From Chiloscyllium plagiosum (lineage: Eukaryota), in the NCBI RefSeq assembly GCF_004010195.1, contig NC_057718.1, forward strand, positions 45,103,717 to 45,123,716: DNA of 20,000 nt. The letters are read 5' to 3'. The notes beneath the pieces are model-generated. The model worked only from the letters and a program-made list of their open reading frames with translations, was not told where the DNA came from and ran no database searches. Made by a program: the position numbers and the translations under genes. Positions 9,349 to 20,000 of this stretch are shown here, one piece after another; position 1 is the stretch's first letter; the number at the start of each line of letters is the position of its first letter.

Positions 9349-9633
9349 GCGTCGCTAGTCTGGTAATTTAAAATTAATGTGTTGGGGACATGGATTTGAA
9401 TACCACTAAGGCATATGCTAAAATCTAATCTGGAATTAGAATATAGATGACCATATAGCCACAGTACATTGTTGTAAATATCCAACTGTTCCTGGTCTGG
9501 TGTCTTTGGGACTCCAGACCAGAGCAATATATTTGACTCTTAACTGCCCTCTCCAATAGTCTAACAAGTTCAAGGGTAATAAGGGATGGGCAATAAATGC
9601 TGGCAATGCCCATTTCACATGAATGAATAAAAA
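9349..9633 (+). mobile_element. Older SINE with a LINE-derived 3' tail; head truncated or interrupted by HE1
   Basis: B-box-like ggatttgaatacc near 9392. Its tail gggatgggcaataaatgctggc...gaatgaataaaaa is shared with the LINE family at 5845-5890 (reverse). Confidence 0.65.
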
Positions 9634-10423
9634 TGCTTTGTAAGAGTTCGAGAAGAATTAGTCCACAAAAGGAAGAATAGAGAAAATTCAAGATAAAATA
9701 TAATTTAAAACTTAATGAACTAAACACTAAGCCTAAACTGAAGTGAAACACAATGAAATAATAAAAACAAAACAAATACTTCATTAATTTTTATATAGAC
9801 AAAGGAATGAAGATTAGTGACTAAAACTAGTTGAGATAGGATTTAGTCAGAAATTAAAATTTAAAATTCTCAATTCCATCTCAACATGCCAGATTCAGTG
9901 GATGTGGACAAGAAATGAAAAGCAAACGCCAGGTGCTGAGTTGGTAATTTAAATATTTAAACAAAGCTGGCAGCCTCTGACTTAACCTGCTTTGAGATTT
10001 TATAGTAGCCACTTAGGAAACCTAGCACCTGAAGCACTTCAAGGAGAGCTTTGGGGAAGAAGCAAGTAACTTTATGACATTGAGCAAGGCAATGAAAAAG
10101 CCTTTTCTCCACTCCTCTAAGCTCCCCACTATCAGACCCCCATGCCACTCTTTGTGCCATACTACGACCCCAGAAGTAAAGACTAGACCTTTCTTCTAGG
10201 CCAAGGTAACTTATTAGCTTCACTCACCAGACAACTCTACATCTTGAAGACAGTGTAATATTTCTGAAGGATACAGCCTCAATAATTTTTTGCCATGTTT
10301 ATTTCTTCACATTCTACCAATGGGCCAACACTTCTATATCAGGACCAAAGGGTCTGTTTCATACTGTTTGCCTCTATCAATTATATAATCACAGGAAGTA
10401 ATGCACCTGCTGAATAAAATTAC

Positions 10424-10611
10424 CTGCTCGACAGGACTGCTTTCTGCTATTGTCTCCGACTTGTTGCAGATTTGCACAACTCCCTTATGTTGCATCTGCC
10501 TATAGGGAGATATTCTGCTCTGAACTGCAAGGCTGGAACTAGCTCTGTTGAGTAAGGTTGTCCTTCGCAGTATGTAAGGGCTGTGTGATACAGTGGGAAT
10601 GTCTGCAAAAC
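10424..10611 (-). CDS. CENPF: Centromere protein F, penultimate coding exon (GFADIPTVSHSPYILRRTT...SSPVEQ)
   Basis: Acceptor tttattcag, donor CAG|gtaatt, 188 nt, phase 1 to 0. FADIP..SPYILRRT is the conserved CENP-F C-terminal (Rb-binding domain) motif. Confidence 0.95.
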
Positions 10612-10849
10612 CTGAATAAAAAAAAGACGATTATACATAATCACTGCATAAGTTCCAGAATTGCACAAATATGTATTGCATCAACAGTTGTTCAACTTGC
10701 TCATGAAAGAAAAACCCTAAATCAATTAACTTTTGTAAATATGCTTCAACATTTTGCATTCAAATTCACCTTTTTCATTAAGACACTGACTTGCAGGACT
10801 ACTAGAACCCCTCAAGCAAAGGATTACAGACACTGCCAGAGGTTTCATT

Positions 10850-11182
10850 TGACATCATTCAGGACAAAGTAGCCAGCTTGATTGGCACCACATCTACAAG
10901 CATTCACACTCTCCATCAACAATCCTCAGGAGCAGAAGTGTGTACTATTTATGAGGTGCACTGCAGAAATTCACCAGAGATTTTTAGACAACACCTTCTA
11001 ACCCGCAACCATTTCCAGCAGAAGGTCAATGGCAGCAGATACATGGGAACATGCCACACACCAACCTGACTTGGAAATGTATCATTCTTGCTTGGTCAAA
11101 ATCCTGGAATTTCCTCCCTAATAGCATTGTGGGTTTACCCACTGCACTGGTTCAAGAAAATAGCTTATCACCACCTTCTCTG
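10850..11182 (+). mobile_element. Decayed LINE (CR1/L2 group) 3' portion
   Basis: DIIQDKVASLIGTTSTSIHTLHQ...CTIYEVHCRNSP resembles a LINE ORF2 C-terminus. It is similar to 5845-6180 in reverse. Confidence 0.75.
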
Positions 11183-11185
11183 GTT

Positions 11186-11246
11186 TAGAGAATGAGAGAG
11201 AAAGCAAAAAAAGAGAGAGACAGAGAGAGAGGGAAAGAGAGAGACA
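11186..11246 (+). repeat. Imperfect (GA)n microsatellite
   Basis: agagaatgagagagaaagcaaaaaaagagagagacagagagagagggaaagagagagacag. Confidence 0.85.
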
Positions 11247-11455
11247 GATGTTTTCACTTGGAATTAAGCTGCAAACTTGGCTGATTATTTGCAGTTCTTG
11301 ACCTTGGACATTAGTAAGGTGTACCATATGTGCAAACGTTAAGTCGGGAAATTATCTTCCAGGTTTCAGTGATTGATAAAACCACAGAAACAAGTTGGCA
11401 ATTATAATGATCTTGATCTTTTTCATTCCATAGGCATGTGATTGAATAAACTCAC

Positions 11456-12040
11456 CCTTTTTAACAATATGTGGAAGACCCTCTGGTTCTGATGGAGATT
11501 TATCTTTTGCAACAGGCCTTAAAATATTCTCATGCTCTTTATCACTTCTTGTCCTCTTTGCAGAATTCTGCAAAGCTTCTGATTTCAATTTATCTCGTTC
11601 CTCCTTAGATTCTGCTCCCCTTACTCTCTTTGCAGTAAGGTTTGATTGAGCATCTGGGCGCTTTTGGTGACTTTTGTTTCCAACTAATTCCAATGGAGCA
11701 TCCATGGTCTGATCTGCAATATTGCACACACTTGGAGACTTCAGATATTTTTGCTGACTCTTGGACTGACCAGGTGACTTCTTTTCACACTTGTGTACAA
11801 GTGATCTTGGTACAGCAACTTGTTCGGCAATACCATTCTCATCTTGAGCATTTGACTGTTGGAATTTATTGCTCAAGAAGACCACCCTGCTCTTTAACAT
11901 TTCATTTTCCTCCTGCAGTTTGTGGCTGCTTTTAATCAGGTTCCAATATTTCTCCATATTTTCGTCAGCTTCTTTTGTTTTTTCCTCTAGTGCCTCTTTT
12001 AGTTTCTCCACCTCAGTTGTTTGGTCATCTATCTGTGAAT
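11456..12040 (-). CDS. CENPF: Centromere protein F coding exon (DSQIDDQTTEVEKLKEALEEKTKEADE...EPEGLPHIVKKG)
   Basis: Acceptor tcttgtccag, donor AAGG|gtgagt, 585 nt, phase 1 to 1. LEEKTKEADE..KY and EPEGLP.(I/V)VKKG match vertebrate CENP-F. Confidence 0.95.
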
Positions 12041-12544
12041 CTGGACAAGACATTAAAATTATTAATCTATGAACACCTTACAAAGATTGAATAAAATCAG
12101 TGTTATGGCAAGCTAAGTGAATTTTATAACCATTGTTAAATTTGATTTGCCTAAACTTTATCATTCATAACACTCATCTATAAATAGGTCAGGTCCTGTT
12201 ATCATCTCATTTTAATCATTTGGCACAGTGCTGGTTAAAGAAAATATACTTGTGATGGTGAACAAATAAATATACTTCTATGTTAAAATTTAAGTTCAGA
12301 TAGAAAATAAAGAAGAAAATGTGTCTGTATGATGCAGTTGCCACTTATAAAACTTGAAATTCAAAATAAAAATTCAAATGATTATGAGGTATTAAAAATT
12401 GTTGTTGAGAATATACATAACAAGGGTTATGGTATAGATAAATTAATTTTTGAGCAGCAAGATGAAGGACTACAAAACAGATTCATTTTGCAATCTTCCT
12501 TACTAAGGATAGAAATACTAACATGATCGAAAAGATACCAAAGG

Positions 12545-12740
12545 AAAAGAATGCAGTGCAACTTTTAACAAGCTTTTTTTCAGAAAACATTTGAAGGAAT
12601 AGTATCCCTTTGTTCCTCAAATGCAATGTCAGTAATTTTTTCCAAAAGAATGCAGTGCAGTTTTTAAAGTTATTTTTAGAAAAGTGAGTGAAGGAATAAT
12701 ATGCAATAATATACCCTTTGTTCCTCGAATACAATGTCTG
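12545..12740 (+). repeat. Local imperfect tandem duplication, ~99-bp period
   Basis: aaaagaatgcagtgca...tgaaggaata...ccctttgttcctc.aat.caatgtc occurs twice (~12545-12631 and ~12644-12740). Confidence 0.85.
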
Positions 12741-13165
12741 AAAAGATTTCCAAATTGCAGCAGCGCAAATCTTTGCATCTCATAATCAGTCAAGAATGAT
12801 TGCTACTAGAATAGTCCATGTAATGTCAACATGTGACAAATTTTGGGTAATTTTCTGTTGTGAATGAATATAATATATAATATATAATTTAATTTTTAAG
12901 CTCAGAATTTCTTTGAAAGAATAGATGTCATTGTTTGCACAATTATGAAAAATATTGTTCAGTAAAGCAAATTACAAGTTATGATTAGGAAGGAGTCAGG
13001 CAGAAGTTAGCAGATGTTTTAATTAGTCCAAAATAAATTAACTAGTTCAAAGGATGAACTAAACCATCTGCATTACTTGCACATTTTGTTTGAACTGACA
13101 AACGTTAGTTGAATTTCGCTCATTTTCTTTAGTTCAAATGCTGGATTCATCTACTGTCTACTTAC

Positions 13166-13343
13166 CTAGTTTTGGGTTTTTTTGTAGTTGTGCAATTAGC
13201 TCCTCTTGTTGCTGAATGTGTTTCTTCAGTGACTCCTTTTCATGTTCAAGCTGCTTACAGCTTTTCATCCAGAGTAGTAGTTTATTTTGAGCACATTCTT
13301 TGTCTCCTTTTAGCTTAGCCATAGATTTTTGCAGTTCATCTGC
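13166..13343 (-). CDS. CENPF: Centromere protein F coding exon (ADELQKSMAKLKGDKECAQNKLLLWMKSCKQLEHEKESLKK...KNPKL)
   Basis: Acceptor ttttttag, donor G|gtaagt, 178 nt, phase 0 to 1. The KSCKQLE.EKE.L.K motif is as in CENP-F. It is absent from the ORF track. Confidence 0.93.
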
Positions 13344-14640
13344 CTAAAAAATCGTCATTGATAAAAAATTCTTCAATAATTGTTTAGGTACTTTTATTTT
13401 CCAAATAAATGTGTTCATTCAAGTTTGTAAACCATTTAATAACTTCTTAGATATTAAAAAAAAATTCTCTCCTTCCTAGGCTCAAGAAAATCACATGATG
13501 AAGAATAGAACTAGAATTAATCTCAAAACACTTTAAAAAGCATCTAGGTAGAGCTTTTTCCCAAGTAAACTTTATTCTTAAAATTTGTAAAAGTTATATA
13601 CAAACATTTTGACTTGAAAATTCAATGTCAAAATACAGCAGGTTCCATTTTTATGTGTCTCAATACAACTTTCGGCCCAATTATCTGTTTCTTTCAATCT
13701 ATTCCTATTCATAAAGAATAAATTAATCTCCAGTTAATGTATTACATTGCATACAACTGTATACAATTAATTACAATTAGTTCACAGCAGAGGTGGGTCA
13801 TGAAGTGCTGCAATTCAGCATTTATATACAGTACTTGATAAAAGTTTATAGAGGAAGTACTGAAATGACATTGGTTCAAATGCTAATAGATCACAGTCCA
13901 GCAGCAGGGAGAGGCGCCTTTTGGCCCAAACTGATCTGTGCCGACCAATATGTCCATCCACACTAACTCCATTTCCCTGCACTTGGCCCATATACTTCTA
14001 AACCTTTCCTGTCCAAGCATTTGTTCAAATGCCTTTTAAATATTGTTAATGGACCCACATCAACCACCCCTCTGCTGGCAGCTCATTCCATACACGTACC
14101 ACCCTCTATGTAAACAGGTTGCCCCTCAGGTTCCCATTTATTCTTTCCCCTCTTACCTTAAACTGATGCTCTCTAGTCCTCGAATCCCCAACCTTGGGAA
14201 AAAGACTGAGAGTATTCAAACTATCCATGCCTCTCATGATCTTATACAATTCTATTAGATCCCCTCTCAGTCTCCTATTCTCTAAAGAAAAAAGTCCTAA
14301 CTTGTCCAACCTCTCCCTCTAACTCAGTTCATGAAGTTCTGGCAACATCCCGGTAAATGTCTTCTGCATTCTTTCCAGTTTAATAACAACCTTCCTACAG
14401 CAAGGTGACCAAACGAACACAATACTCCCCCAGTGCAGCCTCACCAATGTCCTGTACAACTGCAACATAATTTCCCAACTTCTATACTCAAATCCCTGAA
14501 TGATTCAGGCCAGTATGCCAAAAGCCTTCTTCACTACCTTTGAGGAAAAAGTGAGGTCTGCAGATGCTGGAGATCAGAGATGGAAATGTGTTGCTGGAAA
14601 AGCGCAGCAGGTCAGGCAGCATCTAGGGAACAGGAGAATC

Positions 14641-14668
14641 GACGTTTCGGGCATTAGCCCTTCTTCAG
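14641..14668 (-). ncRNA. Minimal hammerhead-ribozyme-like motif (mirror copy, on the CENPF sense strand)
   Basis: Minus strand reads CTGAAGA-A-GGGC-TAAT-GCCC-GAAA-C-GTC. Confidence 0.6.
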
Positions 14669-14674
14669 CCATTC

Positions 14675-14702
14675 CTGAAGAAGGGCTAATGCCCGAAACG
14701 TC
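14675..14702 (+). ncRNA. Minimal hammerhead-ribozyme-like motif
   Basis: CTGAAGA-A-GGGC-TAAT-GCCC-GAAA-C-GTC: intact core, perfect 4-bp stem II, loopless palindromic ACGT helix III and a GUC triplet. Confidence 0.65.
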
Positions 14703-15706
14703 GATTCTCCTGTTCCCTAGATGCTGCCTGACCTGCTGCACTTTTCCAGCAACACATTTCCATCTTCTTCACTACCTTGTCTATCCGTGACTCCACTTTC
14801 AAAGAACCATGCACCTGAACGCCAAGGTCCTTCTGTTCCACTACATTCCCGAAGGACCTACCTCTCACCATGAAACTCCTACCTTGATTTGACTTTCCAA
14901 AATGCAACACCTTACACTTATATACATTAAACTCCATTTGCCATTTCTCAGCCCACTTCCCCAGCTGATCAAGGTTCTGCTGCAATTTCTAATAACCTTC
15001 CTCACTGTCCTCGATGCTGCCTGTGTTAGTGTCATTTGCAATGTGCTAAGCTTTTCAGTTCGTTGCCCAGAGATTGCAAACAATTAATTAGCCCGAGTGC
15101 TTGTTTGTAAACATGTCACATTCACTATATTAGAATATGCATGATCGTGGGCACTAGGAAGGATTATTTAGTATAAGCCTTTTCCAGTAATTGTGAACAG
15201 AGGAAAGCTAGAGAAAGAGACGGGCGGTCAGATTTTTATTTTTAAAAATCACTGCAAATGTGACCCTCTATAGGCTTCAAAACAGAATGGAACTGGGGAA
15301 AAATATTTTGATAAAGCAGGACAATTCTGTTATTTGTAGTAGGTAGCATTTTCACTCCTTTGTACTATTACATATCATTCTAATCATCTAGTAAATCTGA
15401 TAATACTTTCTGCTCTTTACAATTGCAAACATTAAAATTAAACTATTTTGCGTTTCTTTTCTGTTCCTGTTTACTGAACAGGTGCATACTTCCAATGAGA
15501 ATATCCAGGTCAAATCATACCCTTGAGTTAGACTATTGTACAATGTTTTTATTGGGCAGCATGCACATTAAACTAAAGGTATGCCTGTCAGATTTGTATA
15601 GCATTAAAACCCTGAACTATTTGAACACTTGTCTGTGGTCTGTTTACATCAATAGAAGTCTTAAGTGTAGAAATAAGCTGCTATCCAGACTTCACTTAAG
15701 TTTTAC

Positions 15707-15844
15707 CTTGCAGATGGCATCTTTTAAGGTAACATTTATTTCTTCTTTTGCAGCTTTTAGGTTGTTCATTTCTATTTCTTGTTCAGTTAGCTGTTTCTGC
15801 ATTCCAGCCAATCTTTTTTCATCCAGCTGCATTTGAACATCATG
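15707..15844 (-). CDS. CENPF: Centromere protein F coding exon (HDVQMQLDEKRLAGMQKQLTEQEIEMNNLKAAKEEINVTLKDAICK)
   Basis: Acceptor aatttgttag, donor AAG|gtaaaa, 138 nt, phase 0 to 0, coiled-coil. It resembles the recalled human LEIDLLKSSKEELNNSLK segment. Upstream exons are presumably beyond the window. Confidence 0.85.
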
Positions 15845-17766
15845 CTAACAAATTAAATGGAGTATTTATAATTAGTAAGGAAGTATTCGTCTTTGGGTTA
15901 AATACGAACAAAATTCTCTGAAATAAACACTGATAAAGTAAAAGCAAAAAAAAAGTTACTTATAACAAAATTTTCATGATTCTGTCCAATTTGGAACGGA
16001 TATTGGTGAGCTTTAAAAATGACAGTCAGGACCCATTTCATGGTCTCTGCCCACATCCACAATTTTTAGCCACACAGGGTAAGGGTACAGGAATAAAGCC
16101 TACACATAGCATTCCTGACCTCGGCAGCTCCATTGCAAATGTGGGCATTTCAAACCCTGAATTTTAATGAAAGTCAAGCCAGCTTTTTAAGATATAGTCA
16201 TGGCAGCTCAGAGAAGTTGTGAACTGTAAAGGATATTTGGTCTGGTACAGGGTATCTTTTAACAAGTAAGTTTCAACGCTATTACTAATTTCACATGTCA
16301 TAATTCTGTATGTTGAATCTGTTTAGAATGCAGCAATTGATGATGCTCTTAAAACTGACCATTAATCTGACCTTCGTGATGAGAGTAGAAAAATGTTCCA
16401 ATACTTTACATTACATTATCTAATATATAAAGTGCATTGGACAGTACTGTTATTCAGATGTGACTGTATCAATTGTTCCTTGTAATTTAAAGTTTCCGTT
16501 ACTTGACAGCTCTGACATCTCTGCTTCTGCTTTAAACTGTTAGCAGCTGACTGAGCTTTTTCATTGTCAGCTTAGTCATCTGTTTCACCTAGTTTATACT
16601 TTGACGACATGGTTCAACACTTTCATTGAATTTGAAAGCCTTAGTGTATTCAGCTCCATAGGTTTTGTTTATACAGATGGGCTATGCAATTCTATATGAG
16701 TGCTCGGATAGGTTCTAAATGTCAGAAATGGATTCAGCCGATGAGGGGTTGTTGTCACAGCTCTTAAGGGAAATGCAATTTTATTCAGCTTATAGGTTTA
16801 GGTCTACTTTGTAGGAATCTTTGTCTTGAAATGGTTGTTAGTTTTACCACCACAGATGACTGAATGATTTTGTTTTGAGAGTTTAAGAGCATCACAAAGA
16901 TTTTCCAATAGTACTGCAGGGCTCAAAGGTTATATATAATGGATGCAGAGGGAATGGCCATGAAAGTGATGGATATGGGTGAGAGGATGTGGTTGAGTGT
17001 TATGGAGAGGATGGCAGGGGAAGCAAGGTTGGTAGCTTGACACTCAGCTACCAAGTTGGACAGATGTTACAGGGGACTGAGGGAGGTCTTCTAACCTGAC
17101 AGCATTGGCATTTGTCCACCTCCATTTCTTCCTCAGGTTTGCTTTATGAGGCGGAGTTCCTGACTCCAGCCAACCTCCCCTGTGATGAAAATAATGTGGG
17201 TAGTATTGTCTGGCAGGATGCAGATTCTTTTTGTTGAGAAATGGCTTGACTCATGATTAATACCTCAAAGTTTTGAATTTGGGCACTAATCTTAATTGAG
17301 AATCCAATCCATTACAAACTTAATGTAATCAATGCAACAATTGTTATAGTGATTTAATTTTGATAATCAATCAACTGTGAACATTCTTGTTTAACAAACC
17401 CTTCAATGTGTTATTTAACAAAGATCCCTTTCTTTGGGCCATGACTTAAAAATGTTTTTTGTACCTTTCCACTCAATCTCATTAACATTCTGCTTAAGTC
17501 CTAAAAACATCAAAGACCCAAAATATACATCATCCATGTGGAAAAGCTTACTTTTCTATCAAAGAACAAGAAACATAGCTTCACTCTGGGAAACCATCAA
17601 AATTGCATGTCTATGTGCAGTTATTGCCAGGACCTGCCAACCAGAACAAGCAATATGCAAATTCAGATCTAGGTTAAAGGTTAATTACTTCCCACAATCA
17701 CACAGCAAGTGCCTGCAACACCAGTAAGATGCACAATTAGGTACTCAATTTTAGCAATATTGTAGA

Positions 17767-19775
17767 ACAGACAATAGACAATAGATGCAGGAGTAAGCCA
17801 TTCTGCCCTTCGAACCAGCACCACCATTCAGTATGATCATGGCTGATCATCCTCAATCAGTATCCTGTTCCTGATTTATCCCCATAGCCTTGATTCCACT
17901 ATCCTTAAGACCTCTATCCAACTCTTTCTTGAAAGTATCCAGAGACTTGGCCTCCACAGCCTTCTAAGCAGAGCATTCCATACACCCACCACTCTCTGGG
18001 TGAAGAAGTTTCTCCTCAACACTGTTCTAAGTGGCCTACCCCTTGTTTTTAAACTGTGTCCTTTGGTTCAGGACTCACCCATCAGCAGAAACATGTTTCC
18101 TGCATCCAGAGTGTCCATTCCTTTAATAATCTTATACGTCTCAATCAGATCCCCTCTCAGACTTCTAAACTCAAGCGTATACAAGCCCAGTCGCTCCCAA
18201 TCTTTCAGTGTAAGGTAGTCCTGCCATTCAGGGAATTGACCTCGTGAACCTACGCTGCACTCCCCCAGTAGCCAGAATGTCTTTCCTCAAATTTGGAGAC
18301 CAAAACTGCTCACAATATTCCAGGTGCGGTCTCACCAGGGTCTTATACAGCTGCAGAAGGACCTCTTTGCTTCTATACTCAATTTCTCTTGTTATGAAGG
18401 CCAGCATGCTATTAGCTTTCTTTACTGCCTGCTGTACCTGATGCTTGCTTTCATTGACTGATGTACAAGAACACCTAGGTCTCGTTGTATTACCCCTTTA
18501 CCTAACTTGACTCCATTTAGGTAGTAATCTGCCTTCCTGTTCTTTCCACCAAAGTGTATAACCATACATTTATCCACATTAAACTGCATCTGCCTTGCAT
18601 TTGTCCACTCACCTAGCCTGTCCAGGTCACCCTGTAATCTCCTAACATCCTCCTCACATTTCACCCTGCCACCCAGCTTTGTATCATCAGCAAATTTGCT
18701 AATATTACTTTTAATACCTTCATCTATATCATTAATGTACATTGTAAAAGCTGCGGTCCCAGCACTGATCCCTGCGGCACACCACTGGTCACTGCCTGCC
18801 ATTCCGAAAGAGAACAGTTTATCACTACTCTTTGTTTCCTGTCAGCCAACCAATTTTCAATCCATGTCAGTATTTTGCGCCTAATACCATGTGCCCTAAT
18901 TTTGCTCACTAACCTCCTATGTGGGACTTTATCAAAGGCTTTCTGAAAGTCCAGGTATACTACATCCACTGGATCGCCCTTGTCCATCTTCAGAGTTACA
19001 TCCTCAAAAAATTCCAGAAGATTAGTCAAGCATGAGTTCCCCTTCATAAATTCATGCTGACTCTGACCTATCTTGTTACTGCTATCCAGATGTGTCGTAA
19101 TTTCATCCTTTATAATTGACTCCAGCATTTTTCCCACCACTGAGGTCAGACTAACTGGTCTATAATTCTGTTTTCTCTCTCCCTCCTTTCTTAAAACATA
19201 GGACAACATTATCCACTCTCCAATCCACAGGAACTGATCCTGAATCTATAGAACATTGGAAAATGATCACCAATGCATCCACGATTTCTAGAGCCACCTC
19301 CTTCAGTACCCTGGGATGCAGACCATCAGGTCCCGGGGACTTATCAGACTTCAGACCTAACAGTCTCTCCAACACCATTTCCTGCCTAATATAAATTCCC
19401 TTCAGTTCAGGTCCTTCAGCCACTATTACATCTGGGAGATTAGATCTGTCTTCACTGAGGAAGACACGAGCAAAGTACCAATTCAACTCTTCTGCCATTT
19501 CTTTGTTCCCTGTAATAAATTCACCCGTTTCGGTCTTCAAGGGCCCAATTTTAGTCTTAACCATTTTTTTCCTTTTCACATACCTAAAAAAGCCTTTACT
19601 ATCCTCCTTTATATTTTTGGCCAGTTTACCTTCGTACCTTATTTTTTCTTTGCGTATTACCTTTTTAGTTATCCTCTGATGTTCTTTAAAAGCTTCCCAG
19701 TCCTCCAATTTCCCACTCATCTTTGCTATGTTATACTTTTTCCCTTTTGTCTTTATATGGTCCTTAACTTCCCTT
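17767..19775 (-). mobile_element. CR1 LINE, relatively young, frameshifted ORF2 (RT domain), in a CENPF intron
   Basis: KSPGPDGLHPRVLKE, NYRPVSLTSVVGKMLE, VYLDFQKAFDKVPH, SGVPQGSVLGP, SKFADDTKLG across three frames. The 3' tail carries (TCTATTG)n-like repeats at ~17767-17785. Confidence 0.97.
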
Positions 19776-20000
19776 GGGGAGAAAGTGAGGGCTGCAGATG
19801 CTGGAGATCAGAGCTGAAAATGTGTTGCTGGAAAAGCGCAGCAGGTCAGGCAGCATCCAAGGAACAGGAGAATCGACGTTTCAGGCATAAGCCCTTCTTA
19901 CTTTCCTCATTCCTGAAGAAGGACTTATGCCCAAAACGTCGATTCTCCTGTTCCTTGGATGCTGCCTGACCTGCTGCGCTTTTCCAGCAACACATTTTCA
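19776..20000. mobile_element. Young palindromic PLE-terminus insertion in CR1; runs off the window end
   Basis: Tail ggggagaaagtgagggctgcagatgctggagatcag, then arms 19815-19899 / 19916-20000 (85 bp, 3 mismatches, two at one CpG), 16-nt spacer. The hammerhead core at 19913-19940 has GAAA>AAAA. Confidence 0.92.

Larger units (their letters stand above)
14541..14765. mobile_element. Young palindromic PLE-terminus insertion: 37-nt tail + 91-bp inverted arms, 15-bp TSD
   Basis: Arms 14578-14668 and 14675-14765 (one mismatch, at a CpG), 6-nt spacer ccattc. TSD cttcttcactacctt at 14526-14540 and 14764-14778. Confidence 0.93.
13886..15048 (-). mobile_element. 5'-truncated CR1 (HER1-like) LINE, interrupted by a palindromic PLE insert
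   Basis: QQNLDQLGKWAEKWQMEFNVYKCKVLHFG, KDLGVQVH, LGLFSLENRRLRGDLIELYKIMRG, TREHQFKVRG; CR1 3' UTR near 13890-13990. Confidence 0.92.

Noticed and set aside
11352..12053. 233-aa single-exon gene
   Set aside because: It is a CENPF internal exon (11456-12040); the start and the tail after VKKG are intronic.
14541..14765. MITE / DNA transposon with terminal inverted repeats
   Set aside because: The arms match the 3' UTR of the RT-encoding PLE at 1838-4398. The structure is asymmetric (one-sided tail), the TSD is 15 bp, and arm length varies among copies.
16500..16590. Additional CENPF exon (ADNEKAQSAANSLKQKQ... on the minus strand)
   Set aside because: No convincing polypyrimidine acceptor, stops in all frames from the nearest AG, and no recognisable CENP-F similarity.
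17029..17054. 9-bp stem hairpin ttggtagct/agctaccaa
   Set aside because: Short enough to arise by chance in 20 kb, with no supporting context.
18422..19720. Active CR1 reverse transcriptase gene
   Set aside because: ORF2 is split over several frames by frameshifts and is interrupted by the insertion at 19776.

Overview
Eukaryotic, repeat-rich genomic DNA. The HE1/V-SINE and shark-type CR1 repeats point to a cartilaginous fish (inference). The host gene is the 3' end of CENPF on the minus strand. Five coding exons (15844-15707, 13343-13166, 12040-11456, 10611-10424, 8559-8329) splice with GT-AG boundaries and compatible phases into 439 aa ending in the CAAX box CKVQ. Most of the rest is decayed retroelements: CR1-group LINEs, two SINEs, a probable solo LTR and Penelope-like elements (PLEs). 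The most notable structure is a set of palindromic PLE insertions ranging from ~130 bp to 2.6 kb. In these, the element's 3' end is present twice in inverted orientation and a ~35-nt terminal tail is present on one side only. The two cleanest complete copies have ~15-bp pyrimidine-rich target-site duplications, and minimal hammerhead-ribozyme cores (CTGANGA...GAAAC-GTH) lie in the arms. Three copies are nested in CR1 elements in the same relative orientation. Also noted: a candidate + strand exon of an unidentified gene (464-608), and a possible alternative CENPF terminal exon ending HKVQ instead of CKVQ. All calls are by eye; repeat family names come from recalled consensus motifs, not database searches.
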